Assembly: GCF_006345805.1 (NCBI RefSeq)
Contig: NC_043013.1
Location: forward strand, 9,362,001-9,426,000
Direction: 5' to 3'
DNA: 64,000 nt
DNA from: Octopus sinensis
Taxonomy: Eukaryota
The notes beneath the pieces were generated by a model. That model had not been told where the DNA came from, did not search any database, and saw only the letters and a program-made list of their open reading frames with translations. Positions within the stretch are counted from its first letter, which is position 1. Each line of letters starts with the position of its first letter. This document shows, piece after piece, positions 1-10,660 of the stretch. The position numbers and the translations under genes were made by a program.

Positions 1-870
1 TCCATTTATGTTCATCTATTTTGATTTGTTTTGATTTGATTTGATTTGATTTTCACTTGCCTCAACAGGTCTTCACAAGTGTCACAAGAAGGAAGGTATG
101 CACAGGTGGACTGTCTACGTCGCCGGGTCTTCGGATGGTGTCTTTATGTGCCACCGACACAGGTGCCAGATGTGGCTGGCGAACGGCCACGATCGGATGG
201 TTTTCTTGTGTGCCACCGGTACTGGAACCACAAAGATACAAATTCCATTGATGTTCGTCTATTTTGATTTGGTTTGATTTTCACTTGCCTCAACAGGTCT
301 TCACAAGTGTCACGCGTGTCACACACTTGCCTCAACAGGTCTCCACAAGTGTCACACACTTGCCTCTGCCTCAACAGGTCTTCACAAGTGTCACACACTT
401 GCCTCTGCCTCAACAGGTCTTCACAAGTATCATAAGAGGGAAGGTATGCACAGGTGGACTGACTACGTCGCGGGTCTTTGGATGGTGTTTTTATGTGCCA
501 CCGACACAGGTGCCAGGTGAGGCTGGCGAACGGCCACGATCAGATGGTGTTTGTTGTGCCCATAGCACGGAGGCCAGTCGATGCGGTACCAGCTACGGCC
601 ACGTTCGGATGGTTTTCTTGTGTGCCACCGGTACTGGAACCACAAAGATACAAATTCCATTGATATTCATCTATTTTGATTTGGTTTGATTTGATTTTCA
701 CTTGCCTCAACAGGTCTTCACAAGGGTCACACACTTGCCTCAACAGGTCTCCACAAGTGTCACACACTTGCCTCTGCCTCAACAGGTCTTCACAAGTGTC
801 ACACACTTGCCTCAACAGGTCTTCACAAGTGTCATAAGAGGGAAGGTATGCACAGGTGGACTGACTACGT
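1..870 (-). repeat. Tandem array derived from an RTE-LINE 3' UTR motif
   Basis: Three larger blocks, each starting with (TTTGA)n, contain repeated 29-35 bp units cacttgcctcaacaggtcttcacaagtgtcaca. The reverse complement resembles 9821-9851 in the RTE 3' UTR. Confidence 0.7.
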
Positions 871-1149
871 CTATATATAGAGAAAAATTGCATTCGGTGG
901 GATTAGTAATATTTTTGGTAGAAATGACTGATTGTCCCTCTTAGCGTTTGGCATGTATGTATAATGCCGTCTGGCATGTATGTATAATGCCCTCTATATA
1001 TAAATTAATATGTTCAATAAGAAATAATTATTTTCGAAATTTTTTCTCTTATGAGGTTTTTACGCTATCTACCTGACAATTTCTTGTTAAGTTTTCCTTA
1101 TTAAGTAGTTGTCCTTAATTGCTATATATATATATATTATATATATATA

Positions 1150-1181
<32 letters not shown>

Positions 1182-1190
1182 GTCTATATA

Positions 1191-1383
1191 TATAAGCAAT
1201 AATAAATCTTAGAGCGAGTTATAAACAGTAGCTGCAACACATCATGACGTATATTTGCCATTTAAATATGGCTAACCCCTAAGGGTGGATGCTACTGTAG
1301 TTTGTAGCCCCAGGAGGACATATACGTCATGATGTGTTGCAGCTATTGTTTACAACTCACTTTAAGATTTATTATTGCTTATA
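1191..1383. repeat. Inverted repeat (64-bp arms) inserted in (TA)n
   Basis: Arms 1191-1254 and 1320-1383 are reverse complements with about 4 transition mismatches. Confidence 0.85.
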
Positions 1384-2035
1384 AAAATATATATATATGT
1401 CTATATATATATTTATAAATAAATGAATAAATCTGCTTACATGGTAACAGGTGCTGCTCCAAGGGAGTCTTTTGATTTCAGTTGTTGAACTTTTGAGCTC
1501 TTTTTCTTCTCAGGCATTTGTGACTTAGGAAGCTTCTGTGAGGGTCATTTGCTCTGCTAGAAATAACAGACAAATCTCTCTTCAGTCTTAAATTTAGAAA
1601 GGCCACAAACAACAACTTGTAACTAATTTATCTACTTTTTCAGCTTAGAATATTGTTGCTCAGTCCGACTTTACCAATAAATAAGTAAATATATAAATAG
1701 ATAAATCCTGCAACTTAACAAATGCCATCATTTTTAGCATCTTTAGTAGAAATGTTCACTGTAACCTGCTATGTTTTTCTTGTTTTTTTTTCACCAATAT
1801 AATATTTCTTCTGTCATCATCACCACTATTGCCATCACCACCACTACCACCATCATGTTCCTCACTTTCACACCCCCACCTCCTCCATCACCATCATTAC
1901 TGCTGTCATCATTAATGTTGCTATCAAGTCTTAATAAAGCTTCCATCCATCTTTGCTGTCCAATATTTCGTTATCGTTCATAAATAGATCCTATCTTAAT
2001 GTCACGTCAGTTATCCCTGATGTAATTTTTCTCAG

Positions 2036-2043
2036 GGAGTCTG
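2036..2043 (+). CDS. COPZ1: Candidate 8-nt COPZ microexon (GGAGTCTG, xSL)
   Basis: tgtaatttttctcAG acceptor with CTGAT branch-like motif about 15 nt upstream, and strong donor CTG|GTGAGT in non-repetitive sequence. Confidence 0.5.
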
Positions 2044-2860
2044 GTGAGTTTTAATCTCAATGTAGATATATTTATTTACATTTACTATTTCTTTCTTTTT
2101 TTTTGTTAGTTTTTCTTTTGTCTTTTTTTTTTTTTTTTTTTCTTTTTTCAATCTCGGGATATTGGTAAATATTGAATCTACTGGAAATATAATAATTTCT
2201 TGCTTACATTTCTGTCTTAATTTTTTATTTTTTCATTTTTTTTTCATTTTTTATTTTTCTATCGTTCCGTTTTTAATTAAGAATAATATATACAAGTAAA
2301 ACAGGTTATATATTAAATTCTAACACTGTGCGACATGTTAAGTCATGCAAGCCTGAAAAGTATGTTAAATTGATGGCTGATGTTACTTGTGACTGACTTT
2401 ATGGATTTCAGAACTAAACAGAAATCAACCTTGCACCCCCATCCCCTCGCTACTCCTCCTATAGACCTTTCACTTTTATTTCATTTTCTTTAAAATTGAA
2501 AGAAACATTTTATATACTTCTTGTGTTTTGTTTAGCTTAGCTAAACTGATCAGCGCTGATCGAATAGACCTTTTGATCAAAGGCATTCTATCTGTGGCTG
2601 TCCTATCTTTTATTTAATTTTCTTTAAAATTGAAAGAAACATTTTTACGTACTTGCTGTTGTTTTTTTTTAAAATTTTTTTTTGTTTAACTTCAGATCAG
2701 TATTGATCGAACAGACCTCTGACCTGCTTCCCAACCATATGGTTATGGTTTCAGTTCCATACTGTGGCACCTTGGTCAAGTGTCTTCTATTATAGCCATG
2801 GGCTGACCAAAGACATGTTAGTGACTTTGGTAGATGTAAACTGAAAAAGCCCATTGTATA

Positions 2861-2913
<53 letters not shown>

Positions 2914-3014
2914 GCGAGTAAGCACATAGATGCAAAATAGGAAGAAAATAGTATTTCAATACCGAAGATAGAGTAATTATGCTTTTGTTAGCAGCTTTAA
3001 TAAAAGTGTATATA

Positions 3015-3176
3015 GACGCAAGAGTGGCTGTGTGGTAAGTAGCTTGCCTCCCAACCACATGGTTTCAGGTTCAGTCCTACTGTGTGGAACCTTGGACAGG
3101 TGTCTTCTACTATAACCTCGGGCCAACAAAAGCCTTGTGAGTGGATTTGGTAGATGGAAACTGAAAGAAGCCTGTC

Positions 3177-3228
<52 letters not shown>

Positions 3229-3440
3229 TTGTGTGTCTGTGTTTGTCCCCACAACATCACTTGACAACTGATGCTGGTGTGTTTATGTACCCGTAACTTA
3301 GTGGTTCAGCAAAAGAGACCAATAGAAAAAGTACTAAGTTTATAAAGAATAAGCCCTTGGGTCAATTTGCTTAACTAAAGGTGGTGCTCCAGTATGGCCA
3401 CAGTCAAATGACTGAAACAAGTAAAAGAATAAAAGAATGT
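3015..3440 (+). mobile_element. tRNA-derived SINE, family A (most abundant family in the window)
   Basis: Head gtggctgtgtggtaagtagcttg...ggttcagtcc, body ccttgggcaagtgtcttctactatagcc, internal (TG)n, tail gactgaaacaagtaaaagaataaaag. Further copies near 2720, 3445, 4015, 13265, 17970, 38760, 41655 and 51303 (+), and 3785, 12710, 20790, 27250, 45510, 54403 and 61586 (-). Confidence 0.85.
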
Positions 3441-5650
3441 GTTTGTTGTGGTAAGATGTTTACTGCTGAACCTCATGGTTTCAGGTTCTCTCCCATTCTG
3501 TGACACCTTGGGCAAGTGTCTTCTACTATAACCTTGGGCTGACCAAAACCTTGTGAGTGGAATTGATAGACAGAAATTGAAAGAAGTCTAAAGTATTTAC
3601 ATATAGATGTGTGTGTGTGTGTGTGTTTGTTCCCTCCATCTCTAATTGGCAACTGGTGTTGGTGTGTTTAATGTTCCTGTAACTTAGCAGTTTGGCGAAA
3701 GAGACCGAGAATGTAAGTACCAGGCTTAAAACTGTATCAAATAAGTTTCACAAAGACTTTTAAATATATATAAATATATACATATTTCTGTCAACCAAAT
3801 CCACTCACAAGGCTTTGGTTGGCCCAAGGCTATAGTAGAAGGCACTTGCCCAATGTGCCATGCAGTGGAACTGAACCTGGAGCCATGTGGTTAAGAAGCA
3901 AGCTTCTTACCACACAGCCACACCTGTGCCTATTGATGTTGGAGAAAATTATTTTTCAAAATTAATTTATAGAGAAGTTCATTTTCCTCATTTTTTTTTT
4001 TTCGTAGAATCTCTAGGTGCTGGCAGGGCTGTGTAGTTAACAAGTTCGCTTTGCAATGACATAGTTTCAGGTTCAGTTCCACTGTGTGGCACCTTGGGCA
4101 AATGTCTTTTACTTTAGCCCTGGGCCAACCAAAGCCTTGTGAGTGTATTTGGAAGATAGAAACTGTGTAAAAAGCCCTCCATATCTCTGTGTGTGAATGT
4201 GTATGTTTGTGTCTCACCTTCTTGACAACCGTTGCTGGTTGGTTTACATTCCTGTAACCTAGCAGTTTGGCAGTAGAGACCAATGGAAGAAGTATCAGAC
4301 TGAAAATTTTTTTCTTTTTTAAATTAAGTATTAGGGCTTGTTTGTTCAACTAAAACCCTTTGAGGCAGTGCCACAGCATGGCCTCAATCCGTTGACTAAA
4401 TCAAATAAAAGAAAATAAGAATTATGATGTTGGGGTGTCTGTTCACTTTGATAGCCAGGTAAATCACACGACTGCTCCAAAATGAATGAAGTGGTAGGAT
4501 GTAAGAGATATAAGGTGTGAAATGATGACAATTAAAGGTAGTGATTGAATAGGTAATTAGTTGAAACAAGGAATCTGAGGAAACTGGTGGCTAGTTCATC
4601 ATTACAATGACTTAGAGTTGCTGGTATGGTGGAGGGTGTTTTTTTTTCCCTTCACATCTACTGAAATCCCTAAAAGACGCTGTTTACAGTCCTTTACTTC
4701 CAAAGCCCTTTGCAGTAAGGGTTCAAATCTCATCCTGAGTCAGAATGGTTCTGGGGTAGAGATTGTAAAACATTATTTTGAATTGGAAAATCAGTTTTAA
4801 ACCTCTCTCCATCTCTCTCTCTCTCTCCCCTTTCATCTTATGAAACAGATCGTTATGTTGTTCTTGTTGCTATTGTTGTTAACCTGAGGAAACTGTGTAA
4901 GAAGTAATTAGTTCCTGGGAAAGTTTGCTGTGCTTGGTTTCTGTGAGGACTGTAACATTTCAGGGTTCTGCTCTTCACCTGAGATTGAGAGTGGGGAGGA
5001 GAAGACGGAGGAAAAGAGAGAAAGGGGAGAAAAAGAAGAGATGAGGAAGAGAGAATGAAAGATTGGTATGGTACCTTGGCAGGTGTGGAGCAAACAAAAA
5101 AGGAAGGAACTGAAATGGTGTGATGTGGAGACTTAAGGATGGGGAAGATCATGATTCTCAGTGAGAATCAGTGACTCTGGGCCAAGGGGTGAAGAAAGAG
5201 AGGAAAGGTAGAATTGGAGACAAAGTGGATAGAGTGTCTTATACAGGAAATAGCTAAATGGCTGTCATAGTGGACAACCTACGATTGATTGGGTTGTGAA
5301 TTCAGATTTTGCTACAAATTTTTCTGTGTGTACTGAGCAAAGTCATGTTACACCAACACATCCCAAAGTTCTGTTACCGGTGATTGACTGGATTCCTACC
5401 TTAGAGGAAGTTTATCTGACTGAGTGCTACAAAGTGGAGTCACTTGCCAACATATACCATTCTATTTGTAGAGTAAGTTTATACCTGATGAAGTACTTCT
5501 GAGTGAAGTCATTCACTAACATACCTTCCTGTCTGTAGAATAAATTTGTCTGATGACATCCCTTTCCAATACATATGTGCCCTTAGCCTACAGATCTGAA
5601 GTTGTCTCTCTCTCTATCTTATCTCCTGCTACTGCCTGATCATTGCATGA

Positions 5651-6012
5651 TTGATCTTGTACCACCGTGATCTCATTCTTGCTCACAACATCATAAGCGG
5701 AAAGTGTAACCTCTCGAAAGAGCTGTTCTTCACTCCTGCTCCAGAGCATTGGCTGCGGGGTCACTCCAAAAAGCTCTATCTGCGACGATTTCATCTCAAT
5801 CAAAGGAGAGGGGCTTTCTCTGTCCCGGTTGTGGACCCGTGGAATAAGCTGCCGGACGAGATAGTGAAGATGCCGACGACCGCTCGGTTCAAAGTCTCTC
5901 TTGACCAGAAATGGCCTGAACTCTTTGCATGAACACCCTCCCTGTATATAACTCCATGTCCCCCTACATGGCCTTGCTTTTTGCTTTTTGAGCCAAAAAA
6001 TTAACTTAACTA
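5651..6012 (+). mobile_element. 5'-truncated CR1-clade LINE 3' end
   Basis: Peptide LRGHSKKL...RRGAFSVPVVDPWNKLPDEIV...FKVSLD is typical of the CR1 ORF2 C-terminus. Short (TAACT)n tail. Confidence 0.8.
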
Positions 6013-6558
6013 TCACCCTTTGTCACTCACAGTCTGTCCACACCATGTTCCCAAATCCTTGCATCGAGTAACTATTGTATCAAGTCCTTCCTCTACTGAA
6101 CATCCACTGTGCTCTGACCTTTTTTTTTTTTGTTCCCTGCGGCTGTCAACTTGTTCAAGAGGAACATTAACTGTGTCAGTCTTACCAGCCTGGGAGAGCC
6201 TGCAACAGCCATGGATGTTGTTCATTCCTCCAGGCAGAACCCAAACAAAAAGGCAAAACAAATACAGCAGGAGAAAACTATGTAAGCAGGGCTGCCTGGG
6301 GTTACAGGTGCTTCACAGCCTGATAGACATAGTTATATGCTATATATCATATACCACAACAAGCCACTTCACAAGTGCTCTCACATCACATCCCTGGTAT
6401 TCCGACTCCTTGCCCTTCCCCCCACGTAGCTGAAAAATAATAATTCTCAGTGTGCATTCCAAATTGTTCCTTTAGAAATTATTTCAAATTTTGTTTCCCT
6501 TTTACTTTTAAATATTTTTCTTCCATTTTTTTTCTCCACATTACTACTACTACTACTA

Positions 6559-6607
<49 letters not shown>

Positions 6608-6757
6608 CATGATGATGATGATGATATTTTTTAATGGTTATATTTCATTGGTTCTGTTTGCATGGTGGAAATTATCTTTATTGCCAATTTAGCTTTAGAA
6701 ATTGTGTAGAGCACAGTTTTAAAACCTGATTCTCTATGATCTTGGTAAACTTTTCTT

Positions 6758-6838
<81 letters not shown>

Positions 6839-6852
6839 TTTATTTCATTACA

Positions 6853-6890
<38 letters not shown>

Positions 6891-7328
6891 CATACATTAT
6901 TCATATATATGTATATATACATACACTTATATACATATACATATTTACTTATATTGATGCTAATTTATTTATATATGTGTATGTATATATATATATATAT
7001 AATATATATATATAATTTTATCTACACACACATACATGTATATGCATATATATTTTACACACACATAGGTATATATATATCATATACATATATATGAGAT
7101 GTATGTCATAATCTACATTTTATATATCTTTCTCTCCATGTCTATATTATATGTGTGTGTTAGTATATATGTATATTTATAGATATGTTTTTTTCCTCCT
7201 TTTATATGTTTAGGGAATATATATATACATACATACATATATATATATATATGTATAATGTCTTCATCATTATTTTACATGTTTTTTTCATGTTGGCACG
7301 GATTGGATAGTATATGTACCTTGTTTAC

Positions 7329-7362
<34 letters not shown>

Positions 7363-8546
7363 CCTCATTGATGATGACATATATATATGTATATATGTAA
7401 TGTACACATATACACAGACATACATAAGACGTGTACTTATATACTTATAAGCATATATAACCATATATATATTTATATGTATATGTACACATAAATGTAT
7501 AATTATGTGTGTGTGTGTATGTAGCCCATTCCTCCTTCATTCTTCATCTCCTGGCATAAAGATACTTCTACTAATGTTTGCAGACTTGCAAGTGGCATGG
7601 CAATCTCAACAGTGATGGTAGCATGAAAAAACAGAGCACCAAATACACTCTGTAAAGTGGTTGGTATTTGGAAAGTCATAGAAACTCTGCGAAGGCAGGC
7701 AGTGGGGCCCGGTGCAGTCCTTGGGACCATTAGATCCTGTCCCATGCCAGCATGGAACATGGATGTTAAATAATAATAATAATAATAATAATAACAACAA
7801 TGATGTTGATGATAAATATATGTGTGTGTGTGTGTCTTTGTAAAAGCACCCAGTCCATGCTATAAAGTGGTTGGGTTTTAGGAAGGACATCCAGCCATAG
7901 AAATTGTGCCAAAACAGTCATTGGAGCAAGATGCATTCCTTGGACACATTGGACTCCTTGAAACTATCCAACTCATGCCAGCATAGAACATGGGAGTTAA
8001 ATGATGATGTTGTGTGTGTGTGTGTGTGTGTGTGTGTCTATCCTTCTGTAAAGCACCTGAGCTGTGTCACATAAGCGCGCCTGTGCGGTGCCGTGTGAAA
8101 GCACCCGTGTGACACCATGTAAAAGCACCCATCGTACTGTAAAGTGGTTGTCGTTAGGAAGGGAATTTAGCTCTAGAAATCAGGCCAAATCAGACTTGGG
8201 TTCTGGTGCAGCTCCCCAGCTTAACAGCTCTGGTCAAACCACCCATGGACAAACGACATTAAATGATGATGATGATACACGCATGCATATATATTCATAT
8301 AAAATCCTTACTTAACATCCACTTTTTCATGCTTGCATGGATCAGGTGGAATTTGTTGAGACAGATTTTCTATAGCTGAATGCCCTTCCTATTGCCAGCC
8401 CTCACGTATTTCCAAGCAAGGTTGTATTTCCTCATGCTCAGACATATTTTTCACGAAAGACTGGAAACTGTGTGTATTTGTGTATGTGTAGATGTGTAGA
8501 TCCATACTTGTATATATTTTTGAAAAATATATGTTTATATATTTTT

Positions 8547-8611
<65 letters not shown>

Positions 8612-9254
8612 TATCTAATGTAGGATAAAACTTTTTTCGAAAAAAATTCTTTTCCCAAAAAAATTTTATCAATGGCCAGCATATTAAAAAATACCTTTAA
8701 AGGTTAAATTTATAAACAATTCATAGATAAGGGCAAACGAAAAAATTTCTAATGCCAAATGTGCCGAAAAATTGGACATATTGTCCATTAACCATATAAT
8801 TTTTTCATAATATGCACGCTACTCGAAAAAAGTTGCCCTTTGCCCTTATCTATGAATTGTATATATATATATAGGCACAGGCGTGGCTGTGTGGTAAGAA
8901 GTTTGCTTCCCAACCTGCATGCTTTAGGTGGTTGAGCAGGATCTGACACATTGAAAGACTGTATCTTGCTCCATTGTCTACTTTGGCATAGTTTCTATGG
9001 CCAGATGCTGTTCCTTATCCTGACCAGTTGGTAGCATCTGTTGGATGCTTTTTTCATGTGGTCAGCAGTAGTGAGGTCACTGTGCAACTCTGTTAGATTA
9101 CAAATGCTGAGAGGGCAGCTTTGTGCTAAAAGTTGAGGAGTTAATGCATGAAGGACGGGACCAGAGCAGAACAGGTATCTTATAGTTGAAGAGCTTCATA
9201 GGTACTCATATTTCAGACTATATGCATGTATAGTATAGTGACTACAGTAAGAAT

Positions 9255-10282
9255 AGCCTAGGCAAAGTTCAGGGAGCCCCTACCTCTGCTGGCAACTAAA
9301 GGCCTCTCACTCAGGGTGAAATGTAGACTGTATGATGCATGTGTGCAAACTACCATGCTACACAGCAGTGAAACATGGGCCATGAATGTTGAGGACATGC
9401 GTAGGTTTGAAAGAAATGAAGCTAGTATGATCTGCTGGATGTGTAATGTCAGTGTGCATATACGACAGAGTGTAAGTGCCCTGAGAGAAATGTTGGACAA
9501 AAGAAGCATCAAATATGGTGTGCAAGAGAGGCGTCTGCGCTGGTATAGTCATGTGTTACATATGAATGAAGACAGCTGTGTGAGGAAGTGCCACTCCCAA
9601 ACTGTAGAAGGAACCTGTGGAAGAGGTAGACTCAGGAAGACATGGGATGAGGTGGTGAAGCATGATCTTCGAACATTGGGCCTCACAGAGGCAATGATGG
9701 GAGACTGGGACCTTTGGAGATATGCTGTGATTGAGAAGACCTGGCAAGCCAAGTGAAATTGCTGTCATACATGTCCAGCCCTGTTAAGAATACCCTTGAT
9801 GCGTCGGGCGATATGATATACTTGAGAAGACCTGTTGAGTCAAGTAAAATCAGTACTATGGCTGTGGCCAGTGCCACCTGATTGGCTCCTGTGCTGGTGG
9901 CACGTAAAAAGCATCATCTGAACGTGGTTGATGCCAGGTCTGCCTAACTGGCTTCCATGCCAGTGACACATAAAAAGCACCAACTGATTGTGGCCGATAC
10001 CAGTACCTCCTGACTGGCTCTTGTGCCAGTGACACGTAAAAAGAACCATCCGAACGTGATCAATGCCAGGCCTGCCTGACTGGCTCCCATGCTGGTGGCA
10101 CGTAAAAAGCACCAACTACACTCTCGGAGTGGTTGGCATTAGAAAGGGCATCCAGCTGTAGAAACGTTGCCAGATCAGATTGGAGCCTGGTTCAGCTGCT
10201 GGCTCTCCAGACCTCAGTCAAACTGTCCAACCCATGCCAGCATGGAAAACGGACGTTAAACAGTGATGATGATGATGATGAT
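9255..10282 (+). mobile_element. 5'-truncated RTE-clade LINE (ORF2 C-terminus plus 3' UTR)
   Basis: RLYDACVQTTMLHSSETW...RRLRWYSHVLHM...GRGRLRKTWDEVVKHDL. The 3' UTR has repeated ggcacgtaaaaagcacc units and a (GAT)n tail. Short copies of the same tail occur near 7615, 12205, 16880 and 25550. Confidence 0.88.
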
Positions 10283-10628
10283 GGTATATAAGTACATATG
10301 TATACACATATTTATACATATGTACATGTATGTATAGATGTGTATAAATACAACACACACATTCAAAATGCTGATGAATAGATATATACATACATGTCGT
10401 CATGTGTGTTATATGAATGTTTTTTTTTTAGTTTACTGAAAGCTGTGTTTCTTTCAGTTTGTGTGTGTGTGTGTGTTTATATATATACACACAGTTATAC
10501 ATAGACACGCACACAATGAATTCAAGTTCTGGTAAGGTAGATTTAGTAACTGGAATAGGTACTATTGTGTGTGTGTGTAAGTATGTATACACCACCGTAT
10601 AAATGTATATGTGTATATACGAGCATGC

Positions 10629-10660
<32 letters not shown>

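Noticed and set aside
285-440. CRISPR-like array of about 30-bp direct repeats
   Set aside because: Repeats are contiguous without unique spacers, there are no cas genes, and the context is eukaryotic.
1644-1684. Possible exon after tctactttttcAG
   Set aside because: Donor (AA|GTAAAT) is weak and the phase does not fit the neighbouring candidates.
6736-7097. ORFs rich in YI/HT/CV repeats (also 10428-10869, 13898-14456, 23857-24219, 48157-48673 and many others)
   Set aside because: Translations of (TA)n, (CA)n and (TG)n microsatellites, which lack stop codons.
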